From positions 372,001 through 436,000 of the forward strand of contig OW569373.1 of assembly GCA_937625935.1 (NCBI GenBank): DNA of 64,000 nucleotides, written 5' to 3'. A model generated the notes under the pieces. It had not been told where the DNA came from and did no database searches. It saw only the letters and a program-made list of their open reading frames with translations. Numbering within the stretch: position 1 is the first letter of the stretch; the number at the start of each line of letters is the position of its first letter. The position numbers were made by a program, and so were the translations under genes. The DNA is from Tetramitus jugosus (lineage: Eukaryota > Protista > Heterolobosea). Below are positions 34,739 through 45,813 of the stretch, in pieces.

Positions 34739-35809
34739 TTACAAATCCCTGTAACCACCCTCTGTCTGATAATTCCCAGCAGCAACATCACGTGGATCCA
34801 CATTTTCATTCAATGACGATACACCACCACCAGTCAAATAATTGGACTGATCCGTTCCAAAATCCCAAATCTTTGCTCCCACGTCATCCTTGAATCGATA
34901 CCTCAGTGTGTGACCAGCAAACACGATCCCAACACCAAACCTTTCAGGATCGCGTGACCATCTTCTCGCATACACCTTCAACACATCCAACACATTATTG
35001 TCCGCTGCATTCATATTGTCAACCAAAAGGATCAATGGTCGATTTTCATTGGTTTTCTTGAGTACTCTCATACGTGAGGTATTCTCAATCGAGTTCATCA
35101 ATTTGAACAGTTCAGATACGTGACTGTGATATCGTTGTTGATAGCTCTGTGCATTGACATGCATGATATCAATGTCTCTGTTGCGATCACTCTGATTCAA
35201 CATTGCCATTCTTTCCATGGTACTCTCTTCACTGTCATCATCACCACCAACATCACTACCACCACTACCACCACCACCTCTATTCATTTGTTGTTGTTGT
35301 TGTTGTTTGATTCTTGTTTTATTGTCTTGATTAATAACTGCAATTACGTCTCTGTTGTCTCTCAAAACGTGCCATATAAATTGTTTCATTTGATTCAATT
35401 GTTCATTTTCAACACTATTGTAAAGTGAAGATGAACTATCACTTGAGAAATCTGGGTGGTCGTCCACCAGTGATGTAGAAGAGCTACGAGTTTTCCGCGT
35501 GAGAGAATCATTAAAATGTTGATCCTTGTACATGTTCAAATACAAAATGTAGGAGAAAAAAGAAAGTCCGGTCAAGGCGGACAAACCGGTGAAAAAACGA
35601 TAAGCACCGGAACGACGAGGTGGATCATTATCATCGTTTCTTCTGTCATGTTGTTCGCGATTGCGTAAATCTGAAGAAGAGTTGTTGTTGTCTCTGTTGT
35701 AGTAATTGGAGTAATGATTATGTTGTTGTTGTTGGTGGAGAGTGGTGAGTCTCTTTGGTAGAAGAATTTTGGTTGATCTTGATCTTGTTGTTGCTATAAA
35801 TCTGTGCAT
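34739..35809 (-). CDS. Hypothetical protein, probably mitochondrial (Arg/Ser/Thr-rich presequence, one TM, degenerate ATPase-like strand ILLVDN)
   Basis: ATG at 35809 gives MHRFIATTRSRSTKILLPKRL; hydrophobic FFTGLSALTGLSFFSYILYL; long open frame. Confidence 0.55.
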   Translation of the reverse strand: MHRFIATTRSRSTKILLPKRLTTLHQQQQHNHYSNYYNRDNNNSSSDLRNREQHDRRNDDNDPPRRSGAYRFFTGLSALTGLSFFSYILYLNMYKDQHFNDSLTRKTRSSSTSLVDDHPDFSSDSSSSLYNSVENEQLNQMKQFIWHVLRDNRDVIAVINQDNKTRIKQQQQQQMNRGGGGSGGSDVGGDDDSEESTMERMAMLNQSDRNRDIDIMHVNAQSYQQRYHSHVSELFKLMNSIENTSRMRVLKKTNENRPLILLVDNMNAADNNVLDVLKVYARRWSRDPERFGVGIVFAGHTLRYRFKDDVGAKIWDFGTDQSNYLTGGGVSSLNENVDPRDVAAGNYQTEGGYRDL

Positions 35810-36068
35810 GTTCTGTTGCTTTGTTTTTTTGTGGATCAAAAGAGCAAGTTTTTTTGTGCTCAACCTTTGCTTGGTTGTTTTGAAGTTCTCATTTCACTCA
35901 AGATTTGGTTGAAGAAACAACTTGGGCAACAACCCCAACTAACCTACCAGCAGTGCCAAACAACTGTAGACTGTCATCGTCAGTCAAATTAGAAGGCGGA
36001 GAAACCAAATATCCCTCCATGAAAACAAGCAGAAAACAAAAAGCTCAACAAACAATACGACTATCATC

Positions 36069-37103
36069 ATGAAAGCTCCACCATCCACCTCTTCACTCCT
36101 CCTACTCTTCTTCCTCTTATTTATCACACTTGTTCTGCTATCCACCACTACTACTGCTTCTCCATCGTCATCATTTTCAAATGAAAAAGCTTTGATGGAT
36201 GATCAAAATTTGGATGATTGGATTGACTTGTCCCTCGATACTCACATTGTCAACAACAACAACAACAACAATAACAATAGCAATAATCATGAACTATGGG
36301 ATCAGATTCTATCCAGTATCGTTCTCGAAAATAAATTCCTGTTCGGAGTTTCATTGTCAGTCATTGATTATGTTGCATTGCGCAGAGACGCACGTTTCAT
36401 TCAATATTTGAATGAATTGGCTCAGTGGAAAATGAATAGCACGTCAACCATAATAGCTTGTCAAGAAGAAGAAGAAGAAACAAAAAATGAAGTAAATGAA
36501 AAATTGGCACTGTACTTGAATGCTTATAATGCATGGGCCATGTACATTGTTGCGATCCAACCATGTAAATTTCAATTGGGAAGATTTTGTTATCCAGTGA
36601 AGAGCATTTGGGATTTGGGAACGAGTTGGAAACGGGAGATTTTTGATGAAAAGGTGGCTGTCGTCGCAGGTGAAAAATTGAGCTTGAACGACATTGAAGA
36701 AATTTTGAGAAAATTGGGTTTTGCACAGTTTCATGCCTGTATCGTGTGCGCAAGTGTGAGTTGTCCAAATGTGAGAAAAGGTGCCTATGTGGCAAGCAAG
36801 GTCCAAGAACAGATGAAGGAATCTACCGTTCAATTCCTGGCCAATGAGTCCAAGGGAATGAAGCTCGATCAAAAGAACAATCAATTGCACTTGTCCAGTA
36901 TTTTTGATTGGAACAGCGGAGATTTTACAAACGTTACAACGGGAAAGCACCTCATTGATTTTGTGATTGAGCATGCCCCAACGGAGAGTGACAAGGACTA
37001 CTTATTGGCTCATAGAAGTGACTTTTTGTCGTTACCTCCTGCATCTAGCAACATTGCATTTTTGAAGTATGATTGGAGGTTGAACAAGGCAGAATCTCTC
37101 TAA
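36069..37103 (+). CDS. Secreted DUF547-domain protein
   Basis: Signal peptide; KLALYLNAYNA, LSLNDIE, FHACIVCASVSCP, LSSIFDW..GDF, YDWRLN. Confidence 0.85.
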   Translation: MKAPPSTSSLLLLFFLLFITLVLLSTTTTASPSSSFSNEKALMDDQNLDDWIDLSLDTHIVNNNNNNNNNSNNHELWDQILSSIVLENKFLFGVSLSVIDYVALRRDARFIQYLNELAQWKMNSTSTIIACQEEEEETKNEVNEKLALYLNAYNAWAMYIVAIQPCKFQLGRFCYPVKSIWDLGTSWKREIFDEKVAVVAGEKLSLNDIEEILRKLGFAQFHACIVCASVSCPNVRKGAYVASKVQEQMKESTVQFLANESKGMKLDQKNNQLHLSSIFDWNSGDFTNVTTGKHLIDFVIEHAPTESDKDYLLAHRSDFLSLPPASSNIAFLKYDWRLNKAESL

Positions 37104-37297
37104 AACACCACACGTGGTCCATAAAGACTAAAGTGGAACCAAAAAGACGCGCCAAATTTTTTTCGTCCGTGCATCTACAGGTCTATGTTGCGAGTTCGTT
37201 TTGCCCTCGAGTGCTCCATCTCAAACTAGGACACAGAACTATTATACCTTGAACCAACAACAACACAGTTTGACAAAAAACAAGTATCCCTTGAGCC

Positions 37298-38158
37298 ATG
37301 ATATCCTTCTTTAAACAGTTGTTTGGTAAGCGTCACAATGAAAAAGCCTCTACCAAAAAGAACCAGAGAAAAGGTGATCATTCTGCAGATATCACAGTCA
37401 TGCTCATTGGTATAGATAATGCTGGTAAAACGAGCATACTATCAGCTCTACAGGGAGAGTGTGACACGAATACGACGCCTACGGTCGGATTCAACAGAGA
37501 AACAATCAAGTTTGGCAAGTACAATATTACGTATTTTGATCTGGGTGGAGGCAAGAGCATACGGAAGATTTGGAGAAAGTACTATGCAGCGATTCATGCA
37601 GCCATCTTTGTCGTGGACTCTTCAGATGAACAGAGGTTGGAAGAAGCGAGAGAAGTGTTGTTTGAGGCCGTACAGAATCCATTCTTTTGTGGCAAGAGTG
37701 TTCTAATACTGGCGAACAAGCAAGATGTGAAAACAGCTCTATCACCGGGTGAGATTGCAGATCACTTACGATTGACTGAATTGACTCAATATGTGTCTAG
37801 GTACAATATTCTGCCATGCTCGGCAGTTAACTTTGATAAGAAGGGTGTTGATCCCCAAATCAAAAAGGGTCTTTCGTGGCTTTCTGACTCGATTGACGAA
37901 GATTTTGAAGCGTTGAGCAGTCGAATTGACAAGGAGGCAAAGGAGGAGGAAGAACGAGAGAGAAAAGAAAAGGAGGAGAAGATGCAGAGAATACGGGAGA
38001 GAAAGGAACGAGAGGCCAGAGAAGAAGAAGAGAGAATCCAAAGAGAAAGGAAAGAAGAAGAGGCTGTCATGGAGAGCCAAGCCAAGGAAGCACATAACAA
38101 TGCTGTAGCGTCGACAACAGCTACCAGCAGCAGTGTGCAGGACGAATCAAATAAATAA
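37298..38158 (+). CDS. ARL13: ARF-like ciliary GTPase ARL13
   Basis: GIDNAGKT, PTVGF, DLGGG (Gly in place of the catalytic Gln, typical of ARL13), NKQD, and a charged C-terminal coiled coil. Confidence 0.85.
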   Translation: MISFFKQLFGKRHNEKASTKKNQRKGDHSADITVMLIGIDNAGKTSILSALQGECDTNTTPTVGFNRETIKFGKYNITYFDLGGGKSIRKIWRKYYAAIHAAIFVVDSSDEQRLEEAREVLFEAVQNPFFCGKSVLILANKQDVKTALSPGEIADHLRLTELTQYVSRYNILPCSAVNFDKKGVDPQIKKGLSWLSDSIDEDFEALSSRIDKEAKEEEERERKEKEEKMQRIRERKEREAREEEERIQRERKEEEAVMESQAKEAHNNAVASTTATSSSVQDESNK

Positions 38159-38344
38159 CAGGCTGTCATAAGATTCGCATCTCGTTATTACTATTATTCT
38201 CATTTATATGATTGATGATGAGACAATCGTTCATGCAAAGTTTGATAGATAAATCAAAAATATCTCTTTACATGTTTCATTTCGAAAACAACCCACAATA
38301 TAAGGTGAAATATACAACAACCGAACAATTTCATTCAAAGATTT

Positions 38345-39740
38345 TTAGAGCTTGCCTCCCTTTTGAATTCTCAAAAGCTCAGCCTCGGCTTGACCTCTGA
38401 TTTCAGCGTCAGCCTTGGCCCATTCGTTAACTTGATCTCTGGTCATGTGCTATAAAATGGAAAAGTGTCAATTACACCTGGTACAACAAAAATTATGAAA
38501 AAAAAGAAACTAAAAATCATCAACATACCTTGAAATCTCTCAAGTCAGTCTCAACAGTTTGGAATGATCCAAGCAAGCCTTCCCAATCGGAATCCTTGAA
38601 TCCACCTTCTTGAGCATCTTCCTTCTTCTCACCTTCCTTAGCCTTTTGTTCATCAGCTTCGAATTCTCTTTGGAGTCTCAAGGAGGAGACTTCAGCTTCA
38701 AGAACCTTGGCCTTTCTGTGCATTTCCATAACCTCCTTGAAGACGAGTTCTTCTTCTCTCTTTTGTGGGGTCAAACCAGCACCACCTTCAATCTTGATGG
38801 CATCGGATTCTTCTTGCTTGGCAGACTCTGCTGTGATCCATTCTCTGTTGTATTCAGTGAGATCATCAGGACCCATTCTCAACTTCTTTCTTTCAGCAGT
38901 GTAGTTGGTATCCCAGACGTCATCTTCAATTTCTTGAATAATTTCATCTCTTTGTTGTGGATAGTATTCATCGAGGAAGTATGGTGAATCAAAGTTGATG
39001 ATTGGCATACCAAACTCGTCAACTCTCAATAGTTGAGATTCCTTGACAAGTGATTGAGTGTGAGCCTTGACTAATGGAAGTTTGTCAACCAATTCATCCT
39101 TGACAGCATCAAGAATAGGTTGCAAATTCTTGTCAAAACATGTCTCAATGGCATTCAATTCCAATGTAGGTTGGCTGACCTCAAAAGTCTGATCAAAGTG
39201 AGCCTTGATCTCTGAAGCAGTCTTGACACCAATTCTCTTTTCCCAGTCCTTCCAGTCAATGTCCTCAGTGGATTGAGCAGACTCTTCCAGAGCAGTCTCA
39301 ACACTGGATGCAGTTCTAAAGAACTTTTCCAATTCGTCCATTCTGGTGGTTTCTCTGTCAGTTCTGGAGAAAGTCTCAAGGACAATTTTCCAGTCAATGT
39401 CAATGGAACCGTCAGCTCCGGTGTGAGTGAAAGCTGGCATCTTGCCACTGAAGCCTTGTCTCACTTCAGTTTCTGAGAAATCCAAAGCAGAGCGCACAAG
39501 CTTAACCATCTCTTCGTCATAGTAAACAGGTTTTGAAAGCTCAGCATTCAAGCTTTCTTCGTATTGTTCAAAGGTGATGCCAGGATGGCGGCTGACGTAT
39601 GTTGCTGGACCAAGAGTGGCATTCAACTCCTTGACAACAAGATCAGTTGTCATTCTTGGAGCATCAGTCAACACTTGCAATGTGGATTGATATCGCTTTT
39701 GAGTCGCTTTGACGATTGGTTGATGAACTCTGCGCAACAT
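38345..39740 (-). CDS. Probable mitochondrial ATP synthase subunit d, extended; intron 38450-38528
   Basis: Mitochondrial-type presequence MLRRVHQPIVKATQKRYQS; IDWKDWEKRIG and DEYYPQQRDEIIQEIEDDVW resemble subunit d motifs. A GTATGT...TAG intron adds the exon HMTRDQVNEWAKADAEIR...GGKL*. Confidence 0.6.
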
Positions 39741-40035
39741 TTTTTTTTATTGTTTTGTAGGAGTAGTGAAAGGGTGAATTGCTGGGTAATGAGCGTTGTG
39801 TTGATTTTTTCGATGCATCACGACCGCGAAATTGTGGTCAACTAATTTTTCATTGTAAGCGGAATAATAATTTATGCCGATGCGGAAGATGTCAAACGAA
39901 AAAATGTTTGTTAGTTTTCCAACAATGTATCGAACCACTGCATTATTTGGAGGCAAACAACGATGAATACAGACAGCAAGGCCAAAAAAGAGGCAAAGAA
40001 AAAAATGAACATTTTAAGTGTTAGATTAACATCCA

Positions 40036-40118
40036 GCACTCTTGTCCGAGCGGTCAAGGAGCCTGACTAGAAATCAGGTACGGGAAACCGTGCGTAGGTT
40101 CAAATCCTACAGAGTGCG
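40036..40118 (+). tRNA. tRNA-Ser(AGA)
   Basis: Acceptor GCACTCT/AGAGTGC, anticodon arm CCTGA-CTAGAAA-TCAGG, long variable arm, T arm GTAGG-TTCAAAT-CCTAC, discriminator G. Confidence 0.95.
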
Positions 40119-40177
40119 ATCAATGTTTTAATTTTCTGAGAAACTTCAATTAATCTAGTTGCCTGACTCTTCCGTGT

Positions 40178-41664
40178 TCAAGGCAGCAATTTTATTACAA
40201 GCTCATACACAGCGAAACCGATGCCAGAGGCAGGGAAACTGCGCAAGACAGTTGGTCCAATACCTCCAGCAAAGCCCTTCAATCCGTGGCTCTTGTAAAT
40301 AGCATTGGCACATTGGAAAATGTTCTTGAATTGTTTAGGTCGACCCTTGTCATCAGTTTCCTGAATCTGAATAATTGATTTGCACACGTCGATTGGATGA
40401 ACAGACGCATGGTACACCATACCCGCCAATCCACCTGACAGAATGACAGTGGCAATATTGGCACCACCATGTGAACTTCCATTCTCGGATCCTTCATTGT
40501 CATGCTCCGATATTCCAAACTGTCTCTTTAACGATTCATACACGAAAAAGTAGACACCATAACCAGGAACATCGCGCAATAAAGTGGGCACCATACCGAG
40601 ATAAATACCTCTCAGACCTCCTGCTCTCATTGTGCTCTTGAACACATCAAAGGTTGTTAGTTGTTTTACACTGGTGGATGCAGCAGAGGAACCGTGCCCC
40701 AGACCCATGACTTGCATCTTGTTCTTGACAACATCGACTGGACAGGTCACAATGGTCGATGCCAATCCTCCAATGGCACCCGCATAGAAATAGTAGGGCA
40801 GAGGGAGAGCAGTCATCGGATGACCGTGTTCGCTCTTGAAGAAGGTCTTTTGGAAGTGAGCCAACGATCTCTCATATCCTCCGAATCTATATTATTTCAC
40901 ATTCACCAATAATAACAATAAAAACAATTACAAAAGTTAAATCTCTGGATATCATCGCCTTTTCATCAACAGAAAATCAAACTTACAGAACAGCATTTAG
41001 TAAGGCACTACCGGCCAATGGCGACGCCAAACCACTAAATAATCCCTTATACTATGGGAGCACAGTGTCAGTGTACGTTCGTTCAACGTTGTATCAAACA
41101 AATTAGTCCTCTTGAAAATGCAACAACAAACAAAATGCACACACGTATCGATCTAACATTCCACACATACACCTTCATGTTTGACAATATTTTTCATAAC
41201 AGAAAAAGTGCCTTGCTTGGCAGCTTCACGATGAATCTTCATTCTCGTTGACACAATATCCAACGGATAACCAGCAACCTCTTCACTCATACCTGCTAAC
41301 GTTCCAGAAATACCAGATTTTCCAATCGAGGCAACCACTCTTGTCAACGCACGTCTTTAATCATTGACACAACAAACGCAACAAAAGTTAGTAAAGCGTA
41401 AATGCAAAATTTTCAGCGACAAGGAAAAAAATCAATGGTACTCACGTTAAACCAGCGGCCATGCCACCAATTGGGGACTCCTTAGCTCTCGCCTCTTGAA
41501 ATGTGAAAAATGGAGGACACTGTAAGCAATAAACTCAAAGTACACAAAAAACAAAAAGACACAATGCGAATCATACCTTGCTCTTCAATTGTGTGAACTC
41601 CAGGAATTGAAGTGATCGGCACATGTTCATGGTCCTTACGACGATGATCTGATGATGATGTCAT
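40178..41664 (-). CDS. Mitochondrial carrier (SLC25; carnitine/acylcarnitine or basic amino-acid carrier-like), several introns
   Basis: Three carrier signature repeats across exons: YPLDIVSTRM, CPVDVVKNKMQ, HPIDVCKSIIQ; RDVPGYGVYF; RSFPA. Exon boundaries are approximate. Confidence 0.85.
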
Positions 41665-42007
41665 TATTTACTTGTTGTTTTTTGTTTGTGGTGAAGCTTG
41701 AGCTTGCAATTCAATTTTTTATTTTTGGGGAATTTTGTTCCAAAAGCTTGACAGATGAGGCTGAACATCCCTCTTCCTTCGAGGGAGAATACCCGAACTC
41801 CTAACAAGTGGACATTGACATACAACTAGTGAATTGGGGTCATATGGTGGTGTGACCTGTGTGTGGGTTAACATGAATGAAGAGATCTCTCAATTGTAAA
41901 TTTTGGTGATGTTATCCCGCAAACTTGGACTCTCAAAAGCCCGACTTTTGTCCCATCTGAACGTGTTCAATCTGAACAATAAAAAAAAACGAAACCACTC
42001 TCAAGAT

Positions 42008-44321
42008 ATGGCGTCACCATCATCAGATAGAGAAGTAGCTTTAAAAAAGGTCCGGGAAGATTTACTGAAGCTTGCTGATGACAGAAAAAATAACTATGAA
42101 AAGTTTCTGCAGACTCTGTACGGTTCAGAGTATGGAAACTCAGAGGAAGACTTGCGCAGGATTATCGAAGGGGTAGGTATAAGTTAGTGCTTTATTATTA
42201 TTATTTTTGCTGTTGGTTTTTTGAGCTGTACAGGTTACTGACTGAACAATTTTAGGATGCAAGCACGGTAGGTATTTTTTTGTAATCCATTACATTTTTT
42301 TTTCAGTTGTTGTTTCAATAGGAGGCTTAGTTGTGTGTGTTATGCTATTATTGGTTCAGCTTCAAAATCTTTTCTCTGCGGTTGTGGAGCACGAAAACTT
42401 GGATGTCCTGCATCTCATATGTGGTCAGTGTAAAAATCAAGTATGTCACTTTGTTTATTGTGTCTTGGTGAACAACGAACCAACAATATTCACTCACTCA
42501 CTCATCCTATCTGAACAGAATTCTGCTTCCGTGCTTCTCTCTGTTGCAGCCGATTTTGGAGATACGGATATGATCACTGAAGTGTTGAAAGAATATCCTG
42601 CCATTTTCCCCCCAGCCGAAACCCATGATAGCGAAGAAAATACTGAAGAGGATAAGAGTGAAAATGAAGAGACATCGGACGTGACGACTTGTTCTACACA
42701 ACAGGACATGTCAATGCCTGCATGTGTCTCTCCTGGATCTCCAGCAACCGCTACAACATTTGAGAGTGTAGTTGATGATGACAATAAGATGAATATCATA
42801 GATACTACAGATGCGAGAGCGACACTGACATTGTCTGAAATGTACGAACAAAATAATTATTTGGATTTTGATCAGAACTTGTCAAAGAATGAATTTTGGA
42901 GTTTCACCAGAGGGGATGGCAGTTGGAAGGACACGATATCGGAATATGCTTCGGAGCCACGACCGAACCCTGATCGCAAATATGAAGTTATCTATGTAAA
43001 TTATAAGAAGGATTGGAAGCTTCAAAAGATAGTGACCGGCGCAAAGAAAATATTTAAAAAGAGCACTGATTTTGTTACGCTTCTCATGAACTTAACAGAC
43101 TATGTACATGACAAAATGGGCGGCGACAACTCTAGTAACATCATTCAGTTCGCTACTGAGAGGAGCAAACAATACAGACACTATATTGACAATTTAATGA
43201 AGGTCAACTCGTCGTGCGTAGTCCATCTTGGGGATATCCAGTTTGGTGTATGTAAACACCGAGCAATGTTGTTTAAAGTTATTTGTGACAAGTGGTACAA
43301 CAGTGAATATGGCTGCAAGTTTCGGGTAATGTCTCGTCTTGTGAGAGGACATTATAGTGATCAGAAACTCTCTCAGCCTCACGCGTGGAATACTGTTTAT
43401 AATCCAGAGGATGGGAGATATTATGTCGTTGATTGCATGATGCCACATAGCTCTAGAGTTTTTGCTGCGGACGATGCACTTTCATCCAGGTACTCCTTCG
43501 ATCGCACAAAGGGAAGTGTTGGGGGATCATCAATTCGGAATATGTCTTCCCTTGATCTCAACACTCTCAAAACCATACCCAATCATCCTAAAATAAGTAC
43601 CCGTTTAGACAATAATGTGGAAATTGAGTTTGTGTCGAGTAGTTCTGGACAACAAGAATATGCGAAAAAGATTCTTTCGATGGATAACAAACTTCGCCAA
43701 CACTCGTTACGTGAGTTGGAGATTATGACATTTCTGAATCATGAATACTTGCTCAGCCCTCAATATATTCAAGTGACAAAGGACAGTGCAATTGTCATCA
43801 CAAAGCGAATGACAATGAGCTGTGACAAATTCTTGAATGAAGAACGTTCGTTTGATCCTAGCAAGCAGCAAGTGATTCATATACTGCGGAAGGTTGCTAT
43901 AGCAGTTGAATATATGCACAACGTTGGTATCATACATTATGACATCAAGCCAGCCAACATTTTACTGAATGTTCAAGATGGAGACATTGAGTCTGTGAAG
44001 TTGATCGACTTTGGTGCAGCGAGGTTGAAAAGTGAAACCATGATGAATGTTCGTCATGAGCTCACGCATCGATATGCTCCACCAGAAGCCAAGCAACCAG
44101 GAAATCAAGCTACTTTTAGCAAGGAGTTTGATTGCTTCAGTTTTGGAGTGACTTTGGGAGAATTGTGCACAAAAAAGAAATCCAAGGGTGCATTAACGCG
44201 TGAAGACTTTCCAGAAGAATTCAAAGACCTGGTTGCTCTCTACAAGGAATGTACTTGCTCCAACCGAATATGTCGTCCTCCTTTCACTTCTATTGTCGCC
44301 AAACTGGAAGAGCGAGAATAA
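42008..44321 (+). CDS. Protein kinase with an EDR1/CTR1-type transglutaminase-like domain; predicted introns 42173-42255, 42268-42359, 42441-42518
   Basis: LGDIQFGVCKHRAMLFKVICD...RLVRG...HAWN...YVVDCM (EDR1-like); kinase motifs YAKK, IIHYDIKPANILL, LIDFG, YAPPE, DCFSFG. Confidence 0.8.
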
Positions 44322-44483
44322 TTGAGGATGTATTTCTCTGAATTGTAAAACGATAACATTACAAAAATAGCTCAACCATTTGATGATTCCCCGAGGCTCG
44401 CTTCCACATAAAACTGGACGAATTATTTACTTGCAAGCAACTCAACTCTCGACTGGCCAAAAGAAATAGTTCAACTCGACATC

Positions 44484-45803
44484 ATGGCATCTCTGGGCTC
44501 AAGAAAGAAGCAAGTGCTCCTCATTCCCACAACCTCTGATTTTCACTTTTACACGACTATACGAAGCTTTGGTTTCTATGCTTTGGCACCCAACGTGTTT
44601 GATAAGGTGAATGAAATCTTTTCTCGTCCAATGCACATTGGTCAAAAAGTTGTTCATATCCAAGTGAAGCATGTCACTCCTCCCAACGGTAGTGATACCA
44701 AGGAGAATACAATTGGTGAGAGTGCAAACAAAGGAGAAGAAACCCCGCTGTCACCATCACAGTCACAGTCAGATGCAAACTCTCAGGAAACATCGTCAGT
44801 AGATTCTTTGAGTGGTCAACCCTTGTTACATCACTTGAGAGTCGATTGTAGCTTATTGAGTGGAGATGCAGCCGAAAGTGTTGCTGTTGAGCAATCGTCC
44901 TCGGTCATTAGTGATTCAACAGAATTGCTCGACAAGCAAGGAATTGACATGTTAAAGGGTCAGTTGAATCGCATGTTTCGTCTGGACTTTGACATAACCG
45001 AGTTCCACTCAGTGTTTCCTACTGCTAAGACTGTTGGTTTTGGTCGTTCTTTTCGATCCCCCAATCTCTTTGAAGATTGCATCAAAACCTTTACAAATTG
45101 CAATACAACATTCCAAAACACCAAAATGATGAATAAGTTGTTGTGCGAACAAGTGGGAACTCATGGAGCGTTTCCAACTGTTGCACAATTGGCCAATATT
45201 GATGAAAAGGAATTGATGGAAAAGTGTAAAGTGGGTTACCGTGCCAAGAGAATGATTCAATTTGCAAAGGGAGTAGAAGATGGATCCATTGACTTGAATT
45301 GGTTGGAGAGAGCCGATACAACATCAGATGAAGTCAAGAAAAAGTTGTTATCATTGAATGGATTTGGTGAATTCTCGGCCAACAATGTGTTACAACTGCT
45401 GGGCCATTATGAGCAAATTCCAGCTGATTCAGAAACGGCTAGGTATTTGAGAGAAAGACACAACCACTCCCTAACATCCAAGGAGTCAAAGATGGTGGCT
45501 CAGAAGGCACAAGAAGTGTTTCAAGTCTACTCACCATATCAGTTTCTGGTCTACTGGTTCGAGTTGTACAAGTTCCATAACAGGGCACAGAACGATCAAG
45601 TACTAACCCAAGCAGAAGAAAAGGGCTTTGGTCGAGGTTCTAAAACACCACCCAAAAAGAAGAGAACAAAGAATAATAACGAAGACGACAGCAACAAAAA
45701 GCCCAGGAAGTCACCCAGAAAAACTCCACCTCCATCACCAGCAACACCGACTCGAATTACACGAAGCATGTCTAAGCTGAGTACGAACACAATTACACCG
45801 TAA
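44484..45803 (+). CDS. HhH-GPD superfamily DNA glycosylase
   Basis: RSPNLFED.IKT...CN, FPT, VGYRAK, HhH LLSLNGFGEFSANNVL, and catalytic-type Asp in IPADS. Confidence 0.8.
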   Translation: MASLGSRKKQVLLIPTTSDFHFYTTIRSFGFYALAPNVFDKVNEIFSRPMHIGQKVVHIQVKHVTPPNGSDTKENTIGESANKGEETPLSPSQSQSDANSQETSSVDSLSGQPLLHHLRVDCSLLSGDAAESVAVEQSSSVISDSTELLDKQGIDMLKGQLNRMFRLDFDITEFHSVFPTAKTVGFGRSFRSPNLFEDCIKTFTNCNTTFQNTKMMNKLLCEQVGTHGAFPTVAQLANIDEKELMEKCKVGYRAKRMIQFAKGVEDGSIDLNWLERADTTSDEVKKKLLSLNGFGEFSANNVLQLLGHYEQIPADSETARYLRERHNHSLTSKESKMVAQKAQEVFQVYSPYQFLVYWFELYKFHNRAQNDQVLTQAEEKGFGRGSKTPPKKKRTKNNNEDDSNKKPRKSPRKTPPPSPATPTRITRSMSKLSTNTITP

Positions 45804-45813
45804 ATATGTTTCC

